From Octopus bimaculoides (lineage: Eukaryota): a stretch of DNA of 64,000 nt. Location: NCBI RefSeq assembly GCF_001194135.2, contig NC_068981.1, positions 80,146,370 to 80,210,369 on the forward strand, in the 5' to 3' direction. A program made the position numbers and the translations under genes. A model generated the notes under the pieces. That model worked only from the letters and a program-made list of their open reading frames with translations, did not search any database and had not been told where the DNA came from. Positions 1-12,803 of the stretch are shown one piece after another (the stretch's first letter is position 1; every line of letters begins with the position of its first letter).

Positions 1-605
1 TGAAGAGAGTTGTTAGAGCTGAAGCAGGACAAAAACAAAGCCAGAATCTGTCATATTGAAGATTAGGTTTGTCAAGAACCAACAAATATCATAGCAAGCA
101 TAGTAGAGTAATAGTAAGTAAACTCTTAGAGAACTTTATCTTCAGCCTGGTTTTTATTCCAGATTGTAGTAATTTTCTACTTCCAGAACTGATGAACACT
201 CTTACTGCCCCTACTTTGTAATTATGTACATGTGATAAGACTCATTAATTGTAGAAAGATTTTGAATTAAATCTTTCCAATCAACAGTCAGTATAAAATC
301 TTCACCAACCATAATATTGATATGCTAGTGTACCTATTTATGTTATGTTGTGAAGTGGTTAGTTGAAGAGAGGTGTTTAGTGAAAGAGACTACAGTTACA
401 CTGAGAAGTAAAAGAAAGGGAATGCTGTTATGTAGTTAAATGTTTTGTTAAAAGGAGAGGCAAAGAGAGAAAAAAGTGTTTATTGGAAGGAATATTGTAA
501 TACTGAAAAGTAAGAGTAAGAGACCATTACAGATACATGATCACATACAGTTGTTAAAGTAGTGGCTATGTCATTTAGTTGATGTGGATACCTATTACTT
601 ATCAA

Positions 606-873
606 ATCATTGAACTGGCCATGTTGGAGCACCAGATTGACCCTGGTACTTTTAAGTTTTTAAGCCTGGTACTTATTCTATTATTCTTTTTTTTTTTATT
701 CTTATTTGTTTCAAATCAACCCCAGGACTTATTCTTTGTAAGCCTAGTACTTATTTTATTGGTCTCTTTTGCTGAACTGCTAAGTTACAGGGACGTAAAC
801 ACACCAACATCGATTGTCAAGTGATGGTGGGAGAGGCAAATACAAACACACAAACATATACATATATATATAT
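606..873 (-). mobile_element. SINE family A, 3' part with partly duplicated tail
   Basis: Shares tail motifs (GGCCATGYTGGAGCACC, AAGCCTAGTACTTATT, GCTAAGTTAC) with the other A copies; ends in (AT)n at the gap. Confidence 0.8.
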
Positions 874-1728
874 NNNNNNNNNNNNNNNNNNNNNNNNNNN
901 NNNNNNNNNNNNNNNNNNNNNNNNNNNNNNNNNNNNNNNNNNNNNNNNNNNNNNNNNNNNNNNNNNNNNNNNNNNNNNNNNNNNNNNNNNNNNNNNNNNN
1001 NNNNNNNNNNNNNNNNNNNNNNNNNNNNNNNNNNNNNNNNNNNNNNNNNNNNNNNNNNNNNNNNNNNNNNNNNNNNNNNNNNNNNNNNNNNNNNNNNNNN
1101 NNNNNNNNNNNNNNNNNNNNNNNNNNNNNNNNNNNNNNNNNNNNNNNNNNNNNNNNNNNNNNNNNNNNNNNNNNNNNNNNNNNNNNNNNNNNNNNNNNNN
1201 NNNNNNNNNNNNNNNNNNNNNNNNNNNNNNNNNNNNNNNNNNNNNNNNNNNNNNNNNNNNNNNNNNNNNNNNNNNNNNNNNNNNNNNNNNNNNNNNNNNN
1301 NNNNNNNNNNNNNNNNNNNNNNNNNNNNNNNNNNNNNNNNNNNNNNNNNNNNNNNNNNNNNNNNNNNNNNNNNNNNNNNNNNNNNNNNNNNNNNNNNNNN
1401 NNNNNNNNNNNNNNNNNNNNNNNNNNNNNNNNNNNNNNNNNNNNNNNNNNNNNNNNNNNNNNNNNNNNNNNNNNNNNNNNNNNNNNNNNNNNNNNNNNNN
1501 NNNNNNNNNNNNNNNNNNNNNNNNNNNNNNNNNNNNNNNNNNNNNNNNNNNNNNNNNNNNNNNNNNNNNNNNNNNNNNNNNNNNNNNNNNNNNNNNNNNN
1601 NNNNNNNNNNNNNNNNNNNNNNNNNNNNNNNNNNNNNNNNNNNNNNNNNNNNNNNNNNNNNNNNNNNNNNNNNNNNNNNNNNNNNNNNNNNNNNNNNNNN
1701 NNNNNNNNNNNNNNNNNNNNNNNNNNNN
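874..1728. other. Assembly gap (N run). Other gaps: 9530-9760, 18195-18204, 20445-20704, 26495-26985, 31758-32087, 35824-36308, 51699-51708, ~56639-56765, 58851-58948
   Basis: Runs of N. Nearly all abut (TA)n, (CA)n or (CT)n tracts. Confidence 0.99.
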
Positions 1729-2254
1729 CCTTTTGTATTACATTATTCTGATATATTATCTTATTGTGTAATGATCCTATTATAAATAATCAAATTATAA
1801 GCTAATTGTATGCTTCAAAGGCCAAGAAGAAAAAATATTACATGTGTATAATCTTCTGGATTAATAACAAATCTAATTCATTTTTGGCTAAGAGAATCAC
1901 ACCATATGGACCCTGTATATAGATAGAAAATTAGTGAGATAGTAAAGCTAAGTTGATTCCTTAACTGCTATGCTGCAAGTGAAGATCTGTAAAACTATAT
2001 ATAGATTTCAGCTCCTGTTTGTTTTAGTTTATTATATTAGCTGAGGATGAAGGCATCACATCTAAGGAAAGAATGCTATGACATAGTGTATCTGATCCTG
2101 TAGATTTCATTAGCATTCTTTTCAGCAATGCACTTGCCATTCTAGCTGCAGGGCAGAGGTGAGACGAATTATTCAATAGAAAATTTAGAATTTGCTTATT
2201 TTAATAAGTTTTGCAGGTTTACATTTTTATTTAATGATATATGGCTTAATGTAT

Positions 2255-2390
2255 GCAGGTGTGGCTTTGTGGTAAGAAGTTTGCTTCCTAACCACATAGT
2301 GCCAGGTTCAGCCTCACAGCATGGCACCTTGGGCCTTCTACAAAGGCCCCTGGCCAACCAGTCTTGTAGGTGGAGTTGGTCGATGGAAAC

Positions 2391-2423
<33 letters not shown>

Positions 2424-2537
2424 ACGTGTGCACACGCACGGTACTGTCTCTTTGTTTTCACATTGCATGATAGTTAACTGAGTGTCACTGTCAAACAAAT
2501 GCTGTCCTTCATTTCCAGTCTTTTATGAAAACATGTC
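2255..2537 (+). mobile_element. tRNA-derived SINE, A/B-type head with B-type body, 3' truncated
   Basis: Head GTGGCTTTGTGGTAAGAAGTTTGCTTCCTAACCACAT..GGTTCAG, internal (GT)n. Confidence 0.7.
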
Positions 2538-3001
2538 ATGTGTGTATTTATATATATTCAAAAGAAGTTTTAATTAAAACTTTATTGCAAGTTTTATTAA
2601 TTTATTATTTACTTATGCTCTTTTCTGAAGTAATCCATGCTTCACTAAAATATTGCTGTGCCTTACCTTGAATATTGGTTTACTGCTTCAGCATTTATCT
2701 CACATGTTTTGGAAATACTTTGTAGTTTTCATTGAACTTTTCAATAATATAAATGATCAAAATTTCATTTCTACGTGTAAAATACTTGTTGGCAATTAGA
2801 AGAGTAAAATACAATACTTTTCAGACAAAGTTTTTCAGGTGCATATTTTTACATATACTTTTTGGACTTGCAGATTGAACAGATATTGAAATTTACTAAG
2901 TTTAATCAAAATGTAATCTATAAAGATAATTTTAAAAATTCAGTGAAGCTTTAATGTTAACTAATCCCCAAAAGTAATTGTTGGGAAGTATTTTATTGCT
3001 T

Positions 3002-3048
<47 letters not shown>

Positions 3049-3560
3049 TTAACAGTTAGCTGCTTATTGCTAGAAACATTGGATTTGTTTTATGTCAAAA
3101 AAGGCTGTATCAAAAGAAAAACTTAGTGACATCAAATAATGATAAGAAAAATTAATCCTATAATAAATAAAACTTTTTGATAATTAAAAATGGACTTGGA
3201 AACTTTTCTATATATAGTTGATCTAAATACTTTAGATTTTTCATTCTTCTTTTTCAAAAGTAGCAAGTCTGTTTTGGGACACAGTTTGTTACAACATTGT
3301 CATCGTGTATTAGGGGGAAATGTCTTTCTTTGACTGATGATGACTGGGAAAGAGGTAAATGAGTTATAATGTGCGTGTTTTTCCCAAGGTCAAAAGCGAA
3401 GTGTTATTGGCTTCAAATATCAATTAAAACCAGGTCATATATTCTGCATTTTAAGAGCCTAAAACTTCTTAAGTTGCTCACATCTTCAATTGGTTTTCTT
3501 TCATCTGACTTTTTCAGTATTGTGTATCGTTCCTGGTGATATGTGTGTGTGTGTGTGTAT

Positions 3561-3945
3561 CTTTTATCTGTTTCAGTCATTAGACTGCGGCCATGCTGGG
3601 GCACAGCCTCAAAGAATTTTTAATCGAATGAATCAACCCCAGTACTTATTTTTTGTTTTTTTTTAAGCCTGGTACTACTTATTCTATTGGTCACTTCTGC
3701 CAAACTGCTAAGTAAACATACTAACACATGTTGTCAAGCAGTGGTGGGCGACAAACACAGACACAAAGACATGCACACACATATATACAATGGGGTTCTT
3801 TCAGTTTCTGTCTACAAAATCCATTCACAATACTTTGGTCAGCCCAAGGCTATAGGAGAAGATGCTTGCCCAAGGTACCATGGTGTGAGACTGAACCCAG
3901 GACCATGTGGCTGAGAAACAAGCTTCTTACCATACAGTTATGCCT
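3561..3945 (-). mobile_element. SINE family A, full length
   Basis: tRNA-like head, CTTGGGCAAG core, internal CA/TA tract and conserved tail. Confidence 0.85.
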
Positions 3946-3969
3946 ATATATATATATACATATAAAGCA

Positions 3970-4241
3970 CTCTCCTGTCAAAGATGGTGTATGAGCATTC
4001 AGCTTTTGCTGAATGACCTGCACAAATGAGTTGTTTATAACAACCAAAATGTTTTTGCTGCATACTAGCTCACTTTCACCATCAAATCAACATTGTTTGA
4101 ATAGGTGCACTGTGTGCCATGCATCAAGTGTCAAAGTGATTGTAGAGTGCTCAAGAACACAACGCACCACCTGGTCTAGGAATTGAAATCCCAATTGCTA
4201 GATTGTGAGTGCAACACCCTAACTACTAGACCATGTGCCCT
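3970..4241 (-). mobile_element. SINE family D (old tRNA-derived SINE)
   Basis: Reverse-strand head GGGCACATGGTCTAGTAGTTAGGG..; similar to 6855-7440. Confidence 0.65.
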
Positions 4242-4251
4242 CATTATATAT

Positions 4252-4625
4252 ATCATCGTCATCATCATTTAACATCCGTTGTCCATGCTGGCATGGGTTG
4301 GACGGTTTGATCAGGGAGTACATTCTTCACTGGGGAGGATCTTTGTATTTAAGAGCAACCATGCATCCCACTGTCTGGTGACAATGTAATCGATCCAGCT
4401 TGCACGGTCACCTGATTGGTAAGTTATCAGGTGGCTGGCTGGCTTCCTGAAGTTGGTGTTGCAGATGAATAGGTTATTTGCATCACAGAACTTCAGTAGC
4501 CTTGTTCCCTCTTCGTTTTGGGAACCAAATCTGTGGCCTCCATGTACACCATGAAAGATACTGCTGTCTGACATGCCCATATATATGCACACACAGGAAT
4601 TGCATAATTTCTGTTCCATTGTCAT
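4252..4625 (-). mobile_element. RTE LINE endonuclease fragment fused to the RTE 3' tail
   Basis: ORF 4311-4625 has APE motifs (GFGS-like RFGSQNEEGTRLLKFC, NTNFRK..HLITY, IDYIV); it is followed directly by the CCATGCCAGCATGG..(GAT)n tail. Confidence 0.85.
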
Positions 4626-5759
4626 TCAGTTAATTTGTGTTATGCTCTCTACTTGCCTAATACTTTATTCAGGAGTATATATGTATAATTAGTTCTAACA
4701 ACAAGTTATTAGCCTCATTATGCCGAAGCAAAATCATAAAATATTTACACATAGCTTAGGCTTGAGATTGTATATGTAAAAGTATAGAAGAGGGATCACC
4801 AATTTATAGGACAAGGATATTTTGTTCATAAGATAATTTGTGTTATTTCAAAAATAATGTTTAATTCTTTTTGTTGCCTACATTTTTCCTAGCTTCCAAG
4901 CATAAGTGTCTGAAGTGCATAAAAGAATGATGGGATGCTTGTTTACATTGTTACAACTGGAACAAATAATGACTGGATAAACTCTGAACACTTGCTGAAG
5001 AAGTAAATTGTAATGTTTCTCTTGATATGTCCAGTAGCATTAGTTATAAATATACTTAGCAAACTCTTGAATGTTAAAGAAATATATTTCTATTCAGAAA
5101 TAATTTTAAAATATATTCATGAGATACAATGTAGACCACTTACTGTATAGTGTTTCTAAAAAAGTTTTCTTCTAAGCATAAAAAAATAAACAAACCAAAA
5201 ACAGAATAAAACCACAACTTTGTGAAGATATATCATTTCTATTTTATATATATTATAGTAACTAACAAAACTTAGCTATGATAATTTACCCTCTTGTTGC
5301 AATCTTTTTATTCAGTGATAAATTACCAGAATCTTGGCAGGATTATCTCCACTTCAAAAAAAAAAAAAAAGAGATGAAAACAAGACAAAACCAAAGAACA
5401 CACTCAAACTCATTTTATCTTTAATTCAAGAAGGCTGAGTCAACACTTTTGTAATGGCTTCTTGTCAACAAACGCATTATCTTTTTGGGGTTGAATAGTT
5501 AAAATACCTAAGTGTAGAATTCGTTTTAATAGTGGCCTGGCTGATACTTAGCAATAAGAAGCAGAAACAGAAAATATGAACTTCTACTGTCTGTTTTAAT
5601 TAGTGTTTTTGATTCAGAAACATTGAGCATGGCTTCATCTATAACTTATATATTCATTTATTGTTGGTATTTCTGATGTATAATCTGTTGTAAATTTAAA
5701 TTCAATATTTCCCCTTTTACATCAGAAATGGTTATACTTAAGTTACTTGAATCATAACA

Positions 5760-5950
5760 GTTGCAGTCGTTTAGTTCCAGGTGAACTCAGAATGAGCAAG
5801 CCTATGATGAAAAGCATATGTACCTGCTGTGAACATTCTATTTCTGGCAATGTATCTAGGACTGCATTCTCCAGTGTTACTCTATCCTTTTTTCAAAGCA
5901 ATAAAATATGAGTTATGAGAGATTTGGCTGCTATTTCTAACTGATTGAAG
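5760..5950. repeat. Unclassified interspersed repeat (family G); second copy ~52540-52715
   Basis: Shared TATCTAGRACT..CATT.TCCA and GAGAG(A)TTGRYTGCTA.TT motifs. Confidence 0.5.
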
Positions 5951-5963
5951 TGACAGTGTAGAT

Positions 5964-6106
5964 CAGGCACGGGCGACTGTTTCTGAGAAGCTGGTTGCAC
6001 GAAACATGACTCATCATCAGGAGAGCCACATACTAAAAAAAGTTGGTGTGTTTTATTTAGGCAGGCTATTCAGAATGTCTTATGGGCCACAGGCTGCACA
6101 TGACTG
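5964..6106. mobile_element. hAT-type MITE
   Basis: Imperfect TIRs CAGGCACGGGCGAC / GGCTGCACATGACTG; perfect 8-bp TSD GTGTAGAT at 5956-5963 and 6107-6114. Confidence 0.8.
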
Positions 6107-6854
6107 GTGTAGATATTAGTATTGGTCTACAAATAACCAGTGTAAAAGTTGGACGTCTTGTAACTTTTAAGCCACCAGTAGAGCTGGTGCCATGATATTC
6201 ATTGCCCTAGGCCTGTTTTACAATGTGCACACTCCTCTCCCAGCCATATAATGTGTGCCCCTCCTTCTAGTTTTTCAATGTACACCCAGACACTGAATGA
6301 TAGCTGTGTTCTTATTATAAAATGCCACATCACAGGCTAATTTCAAACCAAACAAACATCACTATCATATAAGTGGTGTTATTTGTTTGCAATCTTCTGT
6401 TGACTAGGGGAAAATATTAGATTGCTTGGAAACAGGTGAAGCTGGTGTCAAGAAGAGTAATGAATTTTGTTTGAATCATGAGGATAGTAAAGTCAACAGT
6501 AAAACAATATATGTTAAGGACATCTCTAAATAGATGCTGATGAAGGAGTAAAAACTCTCGAAATATGGCATATATGCCCATTACCCATTTTTTCATCTTT
6601 GATCTCAATTTTTGTTTACATCTGGCATCTCAGATATGAAACGTAACAAAATTCAGTACTGGCTATAATTTCTACGGAAATTCTGCATGACCTAAGAGCA
6701 CTGCTAACACAGTAGTACACAATATTGACTTATAAAAATGTTTAATATACTTTGTAGTATTGTGTCTCTACAAGTCATTAAAACAATAATGGTGACTATA
6801 TAAAATACAGTGTATAATACAAAATATGGTGGTGTCTCCCTGTTCCTGTGAAGA

Positions 6855-7440
6855 ACAACCTGCACTAATGATTGTTTATAGTAATCAAATGTTTGTACTG
6901 TATATTAGCTCCCTCCCTCCACCAGGTCAACATTGCCTCTATTGTTGGCACTCCGTCGCTTACGACATCGAGGGTTTCAGATGATCCGATCAACAGAGCA
7001 GCCTGCTCCTGAAATTAACGTGCAAGTGGCTGAGTACTCCACAGACGTGTACCCTTAACGTAGTTCTCGGGAATATTCAACAGAAACAGGAAGTAAGGGT
7101 GAGAGAAAGTTGTGGTGGAAGAGTACAGCAGGGTTCGCCACCATCTCCTGCCGGAGCCTCGTGGAGCTTTAGGTGTTTTCGCTCAATAAACACTCACAAT
7201 GCCCGGTCTGGGAATCGAAACCGCGATCCTATGACTGCGAGTCTGCTGCCCTAACCACTGGGCCATTGCGCCTCCACATTGCCTCTATAGGTGCACAGTA
7301 TGCCACACATTAGATGTAGAAGTGATTGCAGAGCAATGTGAAATGAAGTGTTTTACTCAAGAACACAACACACTGCCTAATCTAGAAATTAAACCATGAT
7401 ATTGCAATTGTAAGTACAGCACCCTAACCTCTAAGCCACA
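6855..7440 (-). mobile_element. SINE family D copy interrupted by a family C SINE
   Basis: Segments on both sides of 6943-7277 match 3970-4241 and rejoin across the TSD. Confidence 0.6.
6943..7277 (-). mobile_element. Young tRNA-derived SINE (family C)
   Basis: A box TGGCCCAGTGG, B box GGTTTCGATTCCC, CpG-rich; TSD (AC)ATTGCCTCTAT at 6930-6942 and 7276-7288. Confidence 0.9.
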
Positions 7441-8031
7441 CACACACACACATGCACATTTTCCAAGTTGTTTTTGACTAGTTACTTAATCTGAAACCAT
7501 GTGTTGAAACTTTAAGCAACTAACTATATTGCAACTATGCAGATAGCTATTAAATTTACTTTAAATTTAAATTCAGTTCATAAGGTGTTGAAATTATTGA
7601 CTCACAATTGTGACTTGTTTACTGATGCAGTTCACTGGAATTATCAGTCACGGCATCACAGTTGTGTGGTGTAAATGTTGACACCTCATGAAATAGAGAA
7701 TTTAACAGTGTTATGTGTTATTTAATGGTTCTTCCATAATATAGTGGCTAATATAATTTCCATTGATTGTGTTTCTATCCACTGCTGCTGAATGGAGCCT
7801 CAACATACCATTTCAGGCTTATTTATACTAGTTGTAGGCCAGTTTTATGAAGGGTAGTCAGGTGACCACCTAGCATATAACTGTTGACCTAACAACTGTG
7901 TGGGATTTGAACTCAAAATGCAAAAGCCGGGATAGATACTAAGGAACATCTCATCTGATGCTGTAAGAATTCTAACTCATTGGCCTTTGATGTGTATGTC
8001 TATCTGTGTGTGTGTGTGCATGAAATTTTTT

Positions 8032-8415
8032 TTTATTCTTTTACCTATTTCAGTCATTTGACTGCCACCATGCTGGAGCACCACCTTGAAGGGTTTTAGT
8101 TGAACAAATTAACTCTAGGACTTATTTTTAAGCCTAGTACTTATTCTATTGGTCTCTTTTGCTTAAACTACCAAGTTACAATGGTATAAGTACACCAAAA
8201 CCAGTTATCAAGTGGTGATACGGGGACAAACACAGACACAAGGACGCACACATATATATGATTGGCTTCTTTCAGATTCCATCTGCCAAATCTACTCACA
8301 AGGTTTCGGTCGACCTAAGGCTATAGATGAAGGCACTTGCACAAGGTGCCACACAGTGGGACTGAACCTGGAACCGTGTGGTTGACAAGCAAGCTTCTTA
8401 CCACACAACCACACG
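8032..8415 (-). mobile_element. SINE family A, full length
   Basis: Head, core and tail motifs as in the other A copies. Confidence 0.85.
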
Positions 8416-8434
8416 TATATACACACACATACAT

Positions 8435-10745
8435 TTGGAAGGACTGGAAGAACGGAGGTAGCACGGAATTGTATCAGATTGCCAGAAGGGAAGCTAGGAG
8501 ACAGGTTTACTTAGCCACAGGGGAAGCAGATAAGTAAAAATTTGCCAATGTTCTGCGCCGTGAGGACCAAAAACCTGAAGTATTTTGTGTTGCAAGACGG
8601 TGTGTGAGAGAGAATCGTGATGTCATAGGAGAGAAATGTGTCCGCATGGATGATGGCTCACTTGCACTAAACGAGGCTGCAAAGAGAGAGGTTTGGAGAC
8701 ACCACTATGAAAGGTTGCTTAATAATAAAGGGAATGAATGGGAGAAAGAGAGCCTGCTGAATGTTGACCCAACAGAGGGACCAACTATCCAAATTGACAG
8801 TACTTTGGTAGATAAAGCAATCAAGAGTATGAAGACATGGAACGCCCCCGGCCCATCAGGAATCACTGCAGAGATGCTCAAAATATCTGGCAGTGTCGGC
8901 TATAGCCTAGTCACCTGTATAGTTAACCAGTTGAAACACGAAGGAGTCATACCCAATGACTGTAGCAGCACCATAGTCAACTGCTACAAAGGTAAAGGGA
9001 AAAGCACCACTGATGCTATATTTCTGGTAAGACAGCTGCAGGAGAAATACCCAGTGAAAGATAAACCTCTGTATCTGGCTTTCGTTGACATGGAGAAAGC
9101 CTTTGACAGCGTCACCCCGATCCCTTATCTGGTGGTCATTGAGGAAACTTAGGATAGATGAATGGTTAGTGAGAGCTGTGCAAGCCATGTACAGGGACAC
9201 TGTCAGTAAGTTGAGGGTTGGCAACGAGTACAGTGTAGAATTCCGAGTAGAGGTAGGGGTCCACCAAGGTTCTGTCCTCAACCCCCTCCTATTTATCATA
9301 GTCCTCCAGGCAATAACAGAGGAATTCAAGACAGGTTGCCCATGAGAGCTCCTCTATGTTGATGACCTTTCTCTAATTGCTGAGTCACTATCAGAACTAG
9401 AGAAGTTTCAGGTGTGGAAGCAGGGATTAGAATCGAAGGGCCTTAGAGTCAACCTAGCTAAAACTAAAGTCCTAATAAGTAGGAAGGTAGACAAAACACA
9501 AACCCCTTCAGGTAGATGGCCCTGCTCAANNNNNNNNNNNNNNNNNNNNNNNNNNNNNNNNNNNNNNNNNNNNNNNNNNNNNNNNNNNNNNNNNNNNNNN
9601 NNNNNNNNNNNNNNNNNNNNNNNNNNNNNNNNNNNNNNNNNNNNNNNNNNNNNNNNNNNNNNNNNNNNNNNNNNNNNNNNNNNNNNNNNNNNNNNNNNNN
9701 NNNNNNNNNNNNNNNNNNNNNNNNNNNNNNNNNNNNNNNNNNNNNNNNNNNNNNNNNNNNAAACTAAAAGTAGTTGATAGCTTCCGTTACCTAGGTGACC
9801 AAGTCAGTAGTGGGGGAGGGTGCGCTGAAAGTGTAGCTGCTAGAATAAGAATAGCCTGGGCAAGGTTCAGAGAGCTCTTACCTCTGCTGGTGACAAAGGG
9901 CCTCTCACTCAGAGTAAAAGGCAGACTGTGTGACACATGTGTAAGAACAGCCATGCTACATGGCAGTGAAACATGGGCCATGACTACCTAGGACATGCGT
10001 TTGCTCCCAAGGAATGAAGCCAGTATGCTCCGATGGATGTGTAATGTCAGTGTGCATACTCGACAGAGTGTAAGTACTTTGAGAGAAAAGTTGGACCTAA
10101 GATACATCAGTTGTCTTGTGCAAGAGAGACAATTGCGCTGGTATGGTCATTTGGCGAGAATGGATGAGGATAGCTGTGTGAAAAAGTGCCACAGCCTAGT
10201 GGCTGAGAGTACCTGTAGAAGAGGTAGACCCAGAAAGACCTGGGATGAGGTGGTGAAGCACGACCTTTGAACATTAGGCCTCACCGAGGCAAGGACTAGT
10301 GACTGAGACCTTTGGAAATATGCAGTATATGAGAAGACCCGGCAAGATAAGTGAGACCATAACCCGTTGCCTTTACCAGGGGTGTAGCCAGCTCATTTAT
10401 GCGTACCTTTCCTTCTTTGGACACAAAACTTTGCTTGCAAAGAACTGTTGAAGCAAGTGAAATTGAAATCAAAATTGAAACAAATTCGAGGACTGGCACC
10501 CATGCCAACCTTCCTTCATTGGGCACTAAACTCAGCTTGCGAAGACCTGTTGGGCAAGTGAGATTGAAACTGTACCAAATTCGATGACTTGCACCTGTGC
10601 CAGTGGAGCGCTAACAGCACCATCCGAGTGGGATCACTGCCAGAGCAACGATCTCCCTTCCATGCCAGTGGCACGTAAAAAGCAGCATTTGAGTGCAATC
10701 GTTTCCAGCTTCACCTTACTGGCACTTGTGCCGGTGGCGTGTGAA
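8435..10745 (+). mobile_element. RTE-clade LINE, 5' truncated and decayed (linker, RT, C-terminus, 3' UTR)
   Basis: WRHHYERLLN, APGPSGITAEMLK, FVDMEKAFDS, GVHQGSVLNPLLF, LLYVDD, RQLRWYGHLARM, RGRPRKTW. Has stops and frameshifts, an internal deletion at ~9000 (YKGKG|KSTTDAIF), a gap at 9530-9760, and ~100-bp tandem units in the 3' UTR (10405-10600). Confidence 0.95.
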
Positions 10746-10751
10746 CAAAAC

Positions 10752-10910
10752 CCATGCTAGCATGGGTTGGGCGATTTGACTGGGGACTGGCGAACCAGAT
10801 GGCTACACCAGACTCCAATCTGATCTGGCAGGGTTTCTACAACTGGATGCCCTTCCTAACGCCAACAACTCCGAGAGTGTAGTGAGCGCTTTTTACATGC
10901 CACCGGCATG
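10752..10910 (-). mobile_element. RTE 3' terminal segment, inverted relative to the adjacent LINE body
   Basis: Matches the RTE tail copies at 29868 and 46428; ends at the palindrome CCATGCTAGCATGG and lacks (GAT)n. Confidence 0.85.
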
Positions 10911-12803
10911 ATACCTATATATATATATACACACACACACACATATATATATATATACATACATGTATACATACACACGTGTATATGTACATATATATAT
11001 AGTATAGTAGGAATGTATCTAAATAGATATGCAATGGGAAATGAAGACCGGCAGTTAGCATAATTATAGATTATTTCATTTCCATCTCAAATATTTGTAA
11101 ATGGTGTAATTAAGTATTGATTACAATGAAACCATATATTTGTCATTTCCTGTTAATTTCATTGAAATTTGAGACTGAGTTTGACTATGTTAAGTCTTTT
11201 GGTTTTCTTTTCTTGGTTGCTCTGTTATCAGGCTCATTATGAAACAGTTTTAAAAGTCATTATGAGTTCTAATTTACACAAATGTTTTCCAAATGAGTTT
11301 AGATATGTTGTAATTATTTCTTCTTGGGAGTGCTTTATCGAGGTTGATAATGATTTTAGGTGATCAGTTGTTATATTGGCGACTGTTTAACTTTGCTTAC
11401 AAGCACTGAATTCAGATGGTTCCATTTTTATTGCAGCTTGAAGGAGGATGTTCTTTGCAAAGCTGGTTTTCCCTATATTAGACAATATGTAGATGAAGTC
11501 TTCAAAGTGCTGCTTCTCTAATCCAGTGGGTGTGGCACTAATTCACATTCACCCAATTTTATTTTGATATCATCATCTTCATCATCATTGTTATTATTAC
11601 TATTATAAATTCAGTGTCCGTTTTTCCATGCAGTAATTGCTCTCAAGGTGTATTAATTCTTCATTCTCTAGAGGTTGATAGCAATGAAATTAATTGCTTT
11701 AGGATGTGATTGTTGGGGGATGGGTAAATGTTGAAATTATGGAATGAACATTTTTCAGTTATATCATTTGGGGAGAGATTAATTTTCAGATTTGACTTTT
11801 AACTGCAACCAACTAATTAATATCTTTTTTAATGACATCTCAGCTTTAAAACATTTTCACAAATATCTTTTAGAGATTCAATCTATGTTTTCTGTTAATG
11901 TTACTCATTGAATGTCAGCACTTTAATTATGATAACAGGGTAGATATATGGGAGACCCTCCACCTTCTCAACTTCCAAACAAAGTATTTCCTGTGTGTAT
12001 AATTTAGATTTTAATTTTGATTAATTCTATGATGATTAGTATTTAACTATATGATTACAATTTAAGGATTACAGCCAATATAGTAGCAGATTTAAACTCA
12101 AGATGTAAGAATTAGTGATCAAACAACTTGGGCATTTTATATCTTCATCTTCTGTTATCATCAAAAGAAACAATTATGTTTATGATGTTGGTGAGCAGGA
12201 AGTTGGCTAAAATGGTAACATACTGAACTTAAATACCTTATGATATCTATACCTGGCTGAAATGATTTTGCAATTCATTTTTTTGAGAAAATGTTATTTG
12301 AACTTGTTAGGGCAATGTAATACAGAAATGCTCATGCATCAAACTAAATTTCTTACAGTATTTAGATTTATGTCCCTATTTCATTTCTGATAACTGCGGC
12401 TATTGACTTGCCTTTCATTTAAATAGCATTGATAAAATAAGTACTAGTAATATTTTTATGTGAACTTATACCGTTATAAACTGTTCCTACTTGGTTAAAA
12501 ATCCCAACATATTTTAAGTTATACTAGCAATTATTTGTAGCTTAAAGTCAGGCATATGTAAGTTTCTTTTATAAAACAATATTTGGAATTTAAAATCATT
12601 TTCAATTCTAAAAAACTGATGGATATTTTGTGTTTAAGACTTATATACATTTTGTGCTTGGATTTCCTGTTAGCATGGATTTAAATCAATGAACAACACC
12701 AGATATTCCATTTATTGTTTTGGATATTTTACAGTCCTTTTCTCAGCTAAACTTTCCACTGTGAGTTTGAAATAGTAACCATTTTCCTTGATAATATTAT
12801 TGA

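Noticed and set aside
814-1785. Long ORFs here and at 20377-20889, 26277-27014, 31529-32316, 35700-36452 and 56515-57060
   Set aside because: They are open only because they run through N gaps and dinucleotide repeats.
3263-3434. Two in-frame + strand exon candidates (QVCFGTQF..DDDWER and GQKRSVIGFKYQLKP)
   Set aside because: They would need a 34-nt intron, the read-through hits a stop, and no homology is recognised. Probably chance.
11230-11525. Exon candidates on both strands
   Set aside because: The + pair ends in a stop after a 77-nt intron and the - candidate lacks a polypyrimidine tract. Neither peptide is recognisable.
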